A DNA stretch of 64,000 nt, from NCBI GenBank assembly GCA_044224725.1, contig JBGAJW010000008.1, forward strand, positions 26,136 to 90,135. Direction: 5' to 3'. Shown here piece by piece: positions 37,004 through 45,364 of the stretch. Position 1 is the stretch's first letter; each line of letters begins with the position of its first letter. Source of the stretch: Flavobacteriales bacterium (lineage in GTDB: Bacteria; Bacteroidota; Bacteroidia; Flavobacteriales_F; PHOS-HE28). The position numbers and the translations under genes are program-made. Below the pieces are notes generated by a model. That model had not been told where the DNA came from and ran no database searches. It saw only the letters and a list, made by a program, of their open reading frames with translations.

Positions 37004-39202
37004 TCAGAATCCGAGTTTCAGGGAAAGACTGACGTTCCTTCCGATGTCGTAGAGCCCGAACGCCTTGAAGCGGGAGAGGTGGTCCACGTACTTCTCATCG
37101 GTGACGTTGTTGCAGACCACGACCATCTCCAAGGGGTCCTTGTTCCATTTGACACTTGTCCCGATCGACGCGTTCACCAGGGTGTAGGCCGGTGTCCGCG
37201 TTTCGAATTGCGCCGGGCTGTCCTGTGCGAACACGTTGCTCACACCGAGCTTCAGCCATGCGTGCGTCTTGGGGGTGAACTTCAGATCGGCCCGCAGCCG
37301 ATCGGCCGGGATGAAGGGCAGTGGTGTCCCGTCGCCCTTGTCGGCCTTGAGGTGGCTGTACGCGATCGTCGCATCCAACCACTTGATCACCTTGGGGTGG
37401 AAGTCGATCGTGGCCTCGCCGCCTTGGAGGGTCGCGTCCGTTTGCACGAAGCGGTAAATGTGCAGGCCCAGCGTGTCCGTTCCGGTCGGTGTCAGGTAGA
37501 TGTAGTCCGCGAACGCGTTGCGATAGACCGACATACCGAGTTCGATCTGCTCCGCCCATTCGTAGGTGAAGCCGAGTTCAGCATTCAGGTTGCGCTCCAC
37601 ACCGAGGTCCGGATCACCGAGCTCCCAGCGCCGTGTGCCTTCGTGCAGGCCGCTGCTGCCGAGTTCCGCCAGGTTGCCGCTGCGGTATCCACTGCTCACG
37701 TTGGCCTTGATGTTGAGTTCCTCGATGGGGTCCCACGCGAGGCCCAGGCTTCCGTTGAGCGCCGACCATCTCTTGTTGAAGGGCAGGTTCAGGTCCAGCG
37801 TGCGGATGGCGTCGATGCTCCGCAGATCGAAGCGCACACCGCCTTCGAACGTGATGTTCCCGGTACGTTGCTTCGTGTAGCTGAACACCGATCCTTCGAG
37901 CGTCGTCGCATCGGGTACGATGATGCGCGCGCCCACGTTCGTGTTGGTCTGGTAGAGGAAGGACGCGCCGTTGGTCCATGATCCGTTCTGGCCCATGCGC
38001 GCTGTAGCCTGCGCGACTAGCGATGCGCTGTTGAGCAGCATGTCCAAACTGATCTTGTTGCCGCCTTCCTGCTCCTGCCGCTTGTTGCTGGTCCAGCCCG
38101 CGTTCAGTTTCCATTTCAGCTTATTGCCATAGAAGGTGTTCTCACTGGTGAACACGCCGAGCAGGACGGTGTGGTGCGGTCCGCCGAACGCACGGCTGGG
38201 GCGCTCGTCTTGCACATCGCTCGCAAGGGAATCGAACACGAAACCGAATTGGCTCATGGACGCCATGAGGCTGTTGGCGCTTACCCACCGTTTGTGCTGC
38301 CAGCCGACCGCGGCCTTCGCCGTGTAGCTCGCGAAGCGGGAGTTGATCACCCGCGCATCGCCCGCGCTGCTGAAGTCGCCGTGACTGTCCGCACCGGCAC
38401 GGATGCGCCACCACTTCTTCGCGTCGCTCTTGCGGATGCCGTATCCCGCCGAAAGTCCCCGCGTGTTGCTGAAGAGCTGGAGACGCAGGTCCTGTTGCAT
38501 CGAATCGATCGGTGCCGGTTTCTCATCGATCACGTTCACCACGCCGCCGATGGCATCGCTTCCATACTGCAATGCGGCCGCGCCTTTGATCACCTCCACG
38601 CGCTCCACGCCGTCCGTGCTGAGCCCAAGGCCATGCTCATCCTGCCACTGCTGGTTGTCGAAGCGCTGACCTTGCGTGATCACCTGCACCCGATTGCCGT
38701 AAAGCCCGCGGATCACCGGCTTGCTGATGCCCACGCCCGTGGTCAATTGCGTCACACCTGGTATCCGCGCTACCGCATCGCTCACGCTCAAGGCCCCGTT
38801 CTCGCGCATCTCCTTCGCGCTCATCACGTCCACTTTGCGGCTCGTCTCCCGCGGTGCGTTCATCTGCATGCCCACGATGTCCACTTCTTCCAGTTCCATC
38901 TGGCTGGGCCGCAACCTCACATCCACCGTGATCGCCTGATCGCTGACCGTGATATCGCGGAACTGGCTCTCGAAGCCGAGGCGCGTGAATTGGACAACGA
39001 AGGTCCCCCGGTGTGAAGAAGACAGATGGAAAGCTCCCGTACTGTCGGTAAGTGTGCCCGTACGCAGTTCTGGCACGTACACCGAAACGTGCGGCACGGC
39101 AAGGCCTGAAACGGCATCCGTGATGGACCCGCTGATGACGGCTTGTGAGTGGCACCACAGGGGCACCAGCCACAGCCCGATATGAACGGCTTTCCGCAGC
39201 AC
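37004..39202 (-). CDS. TonB-dependent receptor (probably metal uptake)
   Basis: CarboxypepD-like N-terminus; plug (PGV...ISKPVIRGL...QQWQDEHG...EVIKGAAALQYGSDAIGGV); C-terminal F. Confidence 0.92.
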   Translation of the reverse strand: MLRKAVHIGLWLVPLWCHSQAVISGSITDAVSGLAVPHVSVYVPELRTGTLTDSTGAFHLSSSHRGTFVVQFTRLGFESQFRDITVSDQAITVDVRLRPSQMELEEVDIVGMQMNAPRETSRKVDVMSAKEMRENGALSVSDAVARIPGVTQLTTGVGISKPVIRGLYGNRVQVITQGQRFDNQQWQDEHGLGLSTDGVERVEVIKGAAALQYGSDAIGGVVNVIDEKPAPIDSMQQDLRLQLFSNTRGLSAGYGIRKSDAKKWWRIRAGADSHGDFSSAGDARVINSRFASYTAKAAVGWQHKRWVSANSLMASMSQFGFVFDSLASDVQDERPSRAFGGPHHTVLLGVFTSENTFYGNKLKWKLNAGWTSNKRQEQEGGNKISLDMLLNSASLVAQATARMGQNGSWTNGASFLYQTNTNVGARIIVPDATTLEGSVFSYTKQRTGNITFEGGVRFDLRSIDAIRTLDLNLPFNKRWSALNGSLGLAWDPIEELNIKANVSSGYRSGNLAELGSSGLHEGTRRWELGDPDLGVERNLNAELGFTYEWAEQIELGMSVYRNAFADYIYLTPTGTDTLGLHIYRFVQTDATLQGGEATIDFHPKVIKWLDATIAYSHLKADKGDGTPLPFIPADRLRADLKFTPKTHAWLKLGVSNVFAQDSPAQFETRTPAYTLVNASIGTSVKWNKDPLEMVVVCNNVTDEKYVDHLSRFKAFGLYDIGRNVSLSLKLGF

Positions 39203-39276
39203 GTTCGAAGGGGTTGATATAAAAGGAGGGGGAACAGGGCACCGCAGAAGGCGATGCGATCGCGCCGGAGCGCGCG

Positions 39277-39813
39277 CTAGGCTGCGGGCGGCCTGAGCGG
39301 CACCCGGTCGAAACCGGCGAGCAGGTCGGCACGGTCCAGCGCGGCGAACACCTCCACATCCGATGCGTCCTGTTCAATGGGTGATACCCCGCACGGAACG
39401 AAGAGGCCAGTTATCAGTTTGAACAGCACTTGCGTGCCGCCGTTCGCCGAGCGATGCTTGTGCCGGAACGGATCGAGCATGTGTGCGCAGTGTACGAGCG
39501 TGTCCTCATCCCCGTCGGGCAGACATGAGAAGGTCACAATATTCCCGTCCGTCCGCGTGTCTACCACGTCATACAGATGATCGTTATAGGAGAATTCATC
39601 CTCTTCTTCCCACGCGAATCCGTGATCGGCTACTTCGCCCCCCACAAGGGTGAACGACAGATGGGCCAGTCGGTCCATATCGTAAGCGCCGGCCTGCACC
39701 ATGGCCTTCATCTCGCGGCGCTCCATCCACCGCAATGCCAGCTGGGCCGGGTATATCCCGACGATCGTGAAGGCGAAGAACAGGAAGAGCCCTACACCCG
39801 TCGCTTGCCGCAT
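39277..39813 (-). CDS. Hypothetical membrane-anchored protein upstream of the TonB receptor
   Basis: N-terminal TM; WEEEDEFSYNDHLYDVV...CLPDGDE; His cluster; ends LRPPAA. Confidence 0.75.
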   Translation of the reverse strand: MRQATGVGLFLFFAFTIVGIYPAQLALRWMERREMKAMVQAGAYDMDRLAHLSFTLVGGEVADHGFAWEEEDEFSYNDHLYDVVDTRTDGNIVTFSCLPDGDEDTLVHCAHMLDPFRHKHRSANGGTQVLFKLITGLFVPCGVSPIEQDASDVEVFAALDRADLLAGFDRVPLRPPAA

Positions 39814-39983
39814 CGGGGCGAAGGTAGCGGAGCCGTGGACAAGGCCCGTCATCCTGGGTTTGGATCGGATGCCCATCCAGCTATACCGCCGACCGTCGGT
39901 TCTCCTTTTACCCGCTTCGCAAGAAGACCTCCACCCGCGCCTGTCGACCGTTTCGGACAGTTCCTTGATGTCGTTGAAGCGCT

Positions 39984-41804
39984 CTATTTCGCCACGACCC
40001 CGTCCTTCTCCAACTCCAGGACGATACCTGCCGCATTCATGTTCTGCGGGTCCATTGCCGACGCTCTTTTGTAGTTGGCCAGCGCCTCCCGCTTATCGCC
40101 GAGCTTCAGGCAGGCTTCGGCGTAGCTGTCGTACACGTTCGCGCTTTGCGGATACAGCTTCATGTTCACATAGAGCAGGTCGCGCGCTTGTTGCAGTTCG
40201 CCAGAATTCAGCAGCTCGTATCCGGTGGTGTTCAAGACCTGCTCGTTCACGGCCATTTCATCGGGCTGGGCGGCGCGCAACTTCTCGTACGCCTTCAAAG
40301 CCGCTTCGCGATCACCGCTTTTGATGAACTCGAACGGAACGTGCTCATCGTCCTTCATACGCTCGAGCGTGAAGAACGGATCATCCTTCGAAGGGCCGGA
40401 CACGATCAGGCCCATGTTCCCGTCAGGTTGTTTTTCGAATTTCCGGGTACGGTCATCCGTGCGGCAAACGAACCTTCCGTCGCCGATGTGAACGAGTTCG
40501 GTGGGTGATTCGCGGAGCGGTTCGCGGTACAGCTTGCCGTTGCGGAGCGCGATGGTGACACTGTTGTCGGCGCCACCACGATAGCGACCCGTCAACTGCT
40601 TCATGGCTGCATCGTCCATGGGTACCGGCTTGTGCGGTGTGGACACACCCGGCCAGTCGTAGGCACGCATGACCGAGCGCACCACTTCACCCATGAAGTC
40701 CGGTTGGTTGGCGTTGATGAGGATCACCACGCCTTTGCCGCTCTCCACATGTCCGATGATCTCGCCGCAGAAGCCCTCGTTCCAGCCGCCGTGTTCGAAG
40801 TAGCGCGCACCGTGCAGATCGATAAGCGAGAAGCCCACGCCGCCGTGCGGGTCCACGAAAGGTTCCACCATCTGCTTGGCCGTGGAGCGCATGAGCACTT
40901 TGCCACTATCCGAGGCCATGGTCTTCTGCATGTCGATGACGAAGCGTGCAAGGTCGGTCGCGGTGGTCCAAAGCCCGTCGGGTGCGATCTCCGGATACAC
41001 GTGCCACTTGCCCTGGGTCATGGTGCCATCAGGCACGTAGCCTGTGGCGGCGTTGTTGGTCCAGGCCGCAGGAAGCGGCTGCTCGTACGTGCTGTGCGTC
41101 ATGCCCAGCGGCTTCAGCACGAGGTCGTGCATGTGTTGCGGTACCGTTCCACCTTTCGCATCGAGCATGAGCTGTGCGGCTATGCAGTAGCCTCCGCCGG
41201 AATAGCGCCACGCACTGCCGGGCACTTGGTCCACCTCCACGGGCGGAGAGTTCGCAGGCGCTTCACCGTTCAGTATCTGCACCAACGAAGGGAGCGGCGC
41301 GCCGGGCAAGTAGCCTTCGAAACCATGAACGGTGGTGCCGGCAACATGCCCGAGCAGGCGCTGGAGCGTCACTTTCTCCGTTGTCGTGAACTCGTTCTCC
41401 GGCACTTTCCAGCTCGTGAGGCGGTCGTTCACGTTCTCGTCCAACTTCAACGCACCTTCTTCTACCAGCTTCAGCATGGCCATGGTGAACACCGGTTTGC
41501 TGATCGATGCGGCCTGGAACAAGGTGCTGTCCGTAACAGGTTGTTGTGTCATGGTGTCCATCACGCCGTAGCTCTTCACCCAGGCGATCTTGAAACTGTC
41601 GATCACCGCGATGCTCACGCCATGAACGCCGTAGTGCTTCATCCGTTCTTCAATGGTCCACGCACTGTCGCCTGCTATGAACACCGGGTTGCAGAGGCCG
41701 GTCTCCACATGCCTTCGCATGAACGCGGTGGGATCATCGGTGCGCGTGGGGGTGTGGCAGGCGGCGATGAAAGCGAAGAGGGGAAGCAGGTGTTTTGCGC
41801 GCAT
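39984..41804 (-). CDS. Serine hydrolase (class C beta-lactamase-like) lipoprotein with C-terminal TPR
   Basis: FQAASISK (SxxK), YSGGGY and HGG motifs; TPR YPQSANVYDSYAEA. Confidence 0.9.
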   Translation of the reverse strand: MRAKHLLPLFAFIAACHTPTRTDDPTAFMRRHVETGLCNPVFIAGDSAWTIEERMKHYGVHGVSIAVIDSFKIAWVKSYGVMDTMTQQPVTDSTLFQAASISKPVFTMAMLKLVEEGALKLDENVNDRLTSWKVPENEFTTTEKVTLQRLLGHVAGTTVHGFEGYLPGAPLPSLVQILNGEAPANSPPVEVDQVPGSAWRYSGGGYCIAAQLMLDAKGGTVPQHMHDLVLKPLGMTHSTYEQPLPAAWTNNAATGYVPDGTMTQGKWHVYPEIAPDGLWTTATDLARFVIDMQKTMASDSGKVLMRSTAKQMVEPFVDPHGGVGFSLIDLHGARYFEHGGWNEGFCGEIIGHVESGKGVVILINANQPDFMGEVVRSVMRAYDWPGVSTPHKPVPMDDAAMKQLTGRYRGGADNSVTIALRNGKLYREPLRESPTELVHIGDGRFVCRTDDRTRKFEKQPDGNMGLIVSGPSKDDPFFTLERMKDDEHVPFEFIKSGDREAALKAYEKLRAAQPDEMAVNEQVLNTTGYELLNSGELQQARDLLYVNMKLYPQSANVYDSYAEACLKLGDKREALANYKRASAMDPQNMNAAGIVLELEKDGVVAK

Positions 41805-41904
41805 GTGTCCGGTGGGGTGGTTGCAAAGGTGGTCCGCAACGACCTATCTCCATTGTCAGTAAGTGATCTGGTCACACGCGTTCACCACGTGTGCACATTG
41901 AAAT

Positions 41905-42042
41905 GACGAAGGGCGCCCAGTGGACGCCCTTCGCATGTCGCGCAGATCCAGTCCTACAACGTCCCCCGGGTTCTTCTGCTCCTTCCCGCTGAGCAGCGGG
42001 ACGATCGCCGCAAAGAGCGACTTGCGGTTGCGCCTGCCGAAG
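41905..42042 (-). repeat. Degenerate hppD 3'-end copy A plus downstream hairpin
   Basis: Reads FGRRNRKSLFAAI-VPLLSGK-EQKN..GTL* (one frameshift), against HppD FGKGNFKALFEAIEREQENRGTL*. Confidence 0.85.
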
Positions 42043-42103
42043 AGATACTGCGGCCTATCATTATTGTATAGGATGCGCATCGGCACTGTTCGGCCTTTGG
42101 CGA

Positions 42104-42868
42104 TCACGGTGCATCCGGATGGGCCACGTTCCAATCGCGCACGGCTGCTGGATAGTTGGCCGAATACCCGTGATGGGCACTGAAGAGGTGCGGCACATGC
42201 GGCAGTTCGGTAACGCGCCGGATCGCTTCTGTGGCCTTGGCGTGGTCCATATCGAAGAACGCCACCGAAGGCCCGACCTTTCCCTCCTTCAGGCTCAGAA
42301 TGTCGCCCGTGAACAGGTACTTGTCGTTCACTTGGAAACACATGGAACCGCTCGTGTGCCCGGGCGTAAGGATGCAGGCCACCTTCAGCCCGCCGATCGT
42401 CAGGAGCTGTCCGTCGTTCAGCAGCGTGTAGTCGTTCCTGGGCACGCTGTTGCTGTAGAACGGAACTTTCTGCTGCTTGCCCGTCAACATGTCCTCTTCC
42501 TCCCTGGCGAGGTAGATGGTCGCACGTCGGAACAACGGCAACGCGGCCACGTGGTCCATGTCGGTATGGGTCAACAGCACCGCTTCCACCTGCTCGGGAT
42601 CCACACCGAGCTTGCTCAGTTCGTTCTGGACAACGGACAGGTCCTTGCCGGCATCGATGGCGATGTACCGATCGCTATCGCCGACGAGGTACATGTTCAC
42701 GAACTCGTCCTTGATGGCGTAGACCTGGTCCACAACGAGTCCCGTAGGAGCGGGCGTCATCACCGAGGTTTCAGCACTGAAGCGGTGCATGAACCACCAT
42801 ACCACAAAGGCTATCATCGCGAGCAGCGCGCCTGCGATCATGAGCGCGAGTTTCCAACGTTTTCCCAT
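42104..42868 (-). CDS. MBL-fold metallo-hydrolase
   Basis: THTDMDH, TPGHTSGS, LFTGD and SAHH motifs; N-terminal TM. Confidence 0.9.
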   Translation of the reverse strand: MGKRWKLALMIAGALLAMIAFVVWWFMHRFSAETSVMTPAPTGLVVDQVYAIKDEFVNMYLVGDSDRYIAIDAGKDLSVVQNELSKLGVDPEQVEAVLLTHTDMDHVAALPLFRRATIYLAREEEDMLTGKQQKVPFYSNSVPRNDYTLLNDGQLLTIGGLKVACILTPGHTSGSMCFQVNDKYLFTGDILSLKEGKVGPSVAFFDMDHAKATEAIRRVTELPHVPHLFSAHHGYSANYPAAVRDWNVAHPDAP

Positions 42869-42940
42869 GGCGTTTCGTCCTATTTCGGGGCGCAAAACTC
42901 CAGTTGCCTTTGCGGGACGACGATAACGATCGATAAGAAA

Positions 42941-43519
42941 TCAATGCGCAGCGATGCGCCTCCGTATCCGGCTCAACGACACTGGCGTTACGCCGATGAA
43001 TGAGGCGATATGGTGCTGGGGAACGCGTTGAATGAGGTCGGGACGCTCTTTGAGCAGGTCGCGATAGCGTTCTTCCGGGCTGTTCAACAGGTACGAGGTG
43101 AACAGGTCGTGCAGGACCACGAAGCGTTGCTCGATGGACTTGCGGACGAACTCGTTCATCTTCGGGAATACGTGGTACAGCTTCTCCAGCGCCGCGTAAG
43201 AAAGGGCGAGCACCTGAGTGTCCTCCAAGGCTTCCATGGCGATCAGGGAGGGCTTTCGCGAAATGAAGCTGTCATAGGTGCCCGCGAACATGTGCTCCGT
43301 GAAGAAGTAGGTCGTGCGCTCCACACCATCCTTCGTGTAGAACAGCCGCAGGCAACCACTCTCCACGAAATACACCGCGTTCGCCACTTTCCCTGCCGGG
43401 TGGACCAAGGACCGCTTCTTGAAGACCTTTTGCTCGAAGTAGCCCAATACCAGGTCCAGCTCCGCATCGCTGAAGCCGGTGATGTGCTTGAGCGTAGAGA
43501 ACGTTGGGTCGGCGCGCAT
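42941..43519 (-). CDS. Crp/Fnr family transcriptional regulator
   Basis: cNMP domain (YFVESGCLR) and SPEERY...HIASFIGVTPVSLSRIR HTH. Confidence 0.92.
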   Translation of the reverse strand: MRADPTFSTLKHITGFSDAELDLVLGYFEQKVFKKRSLVHPAGKVANAVYFVESGCLRLFYTKDGVERTTYFFTEHMFAGTYDSFISRKPSLIAMEALEDTQVLALSYAALEKLYHVFPKMNEFVRKSIEQRFVVLHDLFTSYLLNSPEERYRDLLKERPDLIQRVPQHHIASFIGVTPVSLSRIRRRIAAH

Positions 43520-43558
43520 GTTAATTGGGAACGGCTCGGCCAAGTTCGCATTCGGAAC

Positions 43559-43688
43559 GACGAAGGGCGCCCAATGGACGCCCTTCGCATGTCGCACAGA
43601 TCCAGTCCTACAACGTCCCCCGGTTCTTCTGCTCCTTCCCGCTGAGCAGCGGAACGATCGCCTCGAACAGCGACTTGAAGTTGCCTTG
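43559..43688 (-). repeat. Degenerate hppD 3'-end copy B plus downstream hairpin
   Basis: In frame QGNFKSLFEAI-VPLLSGK-EQKNRGTL*; the ~50 nt after the stop are nearly identical to copy A. Confidence 0.9.
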
Positions 43689-43691
43689 TGC

Positions 43692-43895
43692 CTAGAACAA
43701 AGCGACTTCGCCTGCTACGATGGCATCCCACGGTATTTGTTCGATCCCCGGCGAAAGCACACGCCGTTCCGCGGCCGTGTTCACGACCCACCCGCGCTCC
43801 AGCCCGAGATCGCTCATAGACTACCGCTGGAAGCGCTTTTCGGGCAGCCTTTGCAGGTGACGCACGCCTTGTAGATCTGAAGTTAGACTTCAAAT
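43692..43895 (-). pseudogene. Probable remnant of the C-terminus of an AAA+ ATPase/DUF4143 PD-(D/E)XK protein
   Basis: FEV* followed by frameshifted RFQR*SMSDLGLERGWVVNTAAERRVLSPGIEQIPW. This resembles DUF4143 tails from memory and is unverified. Confidence 0.45.
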
Positions 43896-43917
43896 ACACA
43901 AGGCTACCTAGAGCCCA

Positions 43918-44031
43918 TTACAGCGCCCCGCTGTTCTCCTGCTCCCTCCCGCTGAACAGCGGGACGATCGCCACGAACAGTGCCTTGAAGTTGACTCCCG
44001 ATGGATCCGCACGAAGTCGCTTGCCGAAGCT
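43918..44031 (-). repeat. Degenerate hppD 3'-end copy C
   Basis: SFGK + short insertion + NFKALFVAI-VPLFSGR-EQENSGAL*. Confidence 0.88.
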
Positions 44032-44186
44032 CACTTCTCCTTGCGCGCCTTCTTGACGGACTTCTTCAATTCGGACTTAAGACCCAATTGTCGAAGGTCT
44101 GAGATAGGGTCCGCCGCTTGTTCATCAAGCTCCTTCTTGGATAGGCCCTTGACGTTCTTGTACGTGACGTGAATACTCCGGGACAT
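44031..44186 (-). CDS. Small basic hypothetical protein (51 aa)
   Basis: ATG 7 nt after the hppD stop; the stop abuts copy C; MSRSIHVTYK...KKARKEK. Confidence 0.5.
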   Translation of the reverse strand: MSRSIHVTYKNVKGLSKKELDEQAADPISDLRQLGLKSELKKSVKKARKEK

Positions 44187-44193
44187 CGCTCGA

Positions 44194-45339
44194 TCACAGC
44201 GTCCCCCGGTTCTCCTGCTCCCGCTCGATCGCCTCGAACAGCGCCTTGAAGTTGCCCTTGCCGAAGCTCTTCGCGCCCTTGCGTTGGATGATCTCGAAGA
44301 ACATCGTGGGGCGGTCGAGCACGGGTTTGGTGAAGAGTTGCAGCAGGTAGCCCTCGTCATCGCGGTCCACCAGAACGCCGTGCTCTTTCAGCACCGCGAG
44401 ATCCTCGTCGATCTCGCCCACGCGTGACATCACATCATCGTAGTAGCTGGGTGGCACGTAGAGGAACTCTACGCCGCGGTCCTTCAACGCGCTCACCGTT
44501 TCGATGATGTTGTTGGTGGCCACCGCGATGTGCTGCACACCGGCGCCGTTGTAGAACTCGATGTACTCCTCGATCTGGCTCTTCTTCTTGCCCTCGGCCG
44601 GCTCGTTGATCGGGAACTTGATGCGGCCGTTGCCGTTGCTCATCACCTTGCTCATCAGCGCGGTGTACTCGGTACTGATGTCCTTGTCGTCGAAGCTCAC
44701 CAGCTGCGCGAAGCCCATCACGCGGGCGTAGAAATCCACCCACGTGTTCATCTCGCCCCAGCCCACGTTGCCCACCATGTGGTCGATGAACTTCAGGCCC
44801 GTGGGCGACGGGTTGTAGTGGCTCTTCCACGCCTTGTAGCCCGGCATGAAGGGACCCTTGTATTCGTTCCGCTCCACGAAGATGTGCACCGTCTCCCCGT
44901 AGGTGTGGATGCCGCTGCGCACCACGTAGCCGTGCTCATCCTCTTCGCGCACCGGCTCCATGAAGCTCTTCGCGCCACGCTTGGTCGTTTCCTCCCACGC
45001 TTTCTTGGCATCCGGCACCCACAGGGCGATCACCTTCACGCCATCACCGTGCTTGGCCAGATGCGCGTTGATCGGGCTGTCCGGCGTCATCGGCGTGGTG
45101 AGCACCAGGCGGATCTTGTCCTGCTGCAGCACGTAGCTGGTGCGGTCCTTCACGCCCGTCTCCAGGCCGGCGTATGCGACGCTCTGGAAGCCCCAGGCGG
45201 TCTTGTAGTAGTGCGCGCTCTGCTTGGCGTTGCCGACATATAGTTCAACGTAGTCGGTACCCCAAAGCGGCAGGAAATCCTGCGCATCAGCCATGATCTT
45301 CTCGAGGCTGTAGTCGACGTCTTTCAAACCAGTGGACAT
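44194..45339 (-). CDS. hppD: 4-hydroxyphenylpyruvate dioxygenase
   Basis: IDHMVGNV, FPINEP, GVQHIA, LLQLFT, FFEIIQR...FGKGNFKALFEAIE. Confidence 0.97.
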   Translation of the reverse strand: MSTGLKDVDYSLEKIMADAQDFLPLWGTDYVELYVGNAKQSAHYYKTAWGFQSVAYAGLETGVKDRTSYVLQQDKIRLVLTTPMTPDSPINAHLAKHGDGVKVIALWVPDAKKAWEETTKRGAKSFMEPVREEDEHGYVVRSGIHTYGETVHIFVERNEYKGPFMPGYKAWKSHYNPSPTGLKFIDHMVGNVGWGEMNTWVDFYARVMGFAQLVSFDDKDISTEYTALMSKVMSNGNGRIKFPINEPAEGKKKSQIEEYIEFYNGAGVQHIAVATNNIIETVSALKDRGVEFLYVPPSYYDDVMSRVGEIDEDLAVLKEHGVLVDRDDEGYLLQLFTKPVLDRPTMFFEIIQRKGAKSFGKGNFKALFEAIEREQENRGTL

Positions 45340-45364
45340 GGTCGTTCAGGTTTATGGTGAAGGC

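Noticed and set aside
41856-42341. 161-aa ORF, and similarly 43243-43899, as real genes
   Set aside because: They read through hppD-tail repeats and overlap the MBL or crp genes out of frame.
39984-42868. Antibiotic-resistance calls for the serine hydrolase and MBL genes
   Set aside because: Only fold-level motifs are present; both superfamilies are mostly non-resistance hydrolases.
41905-44031. Classical integron attC array
   Set aside because: No intI and no recognisable RYYYAAC/GTTRRRY box pairs; the repeats derive from hppD coding sequence.
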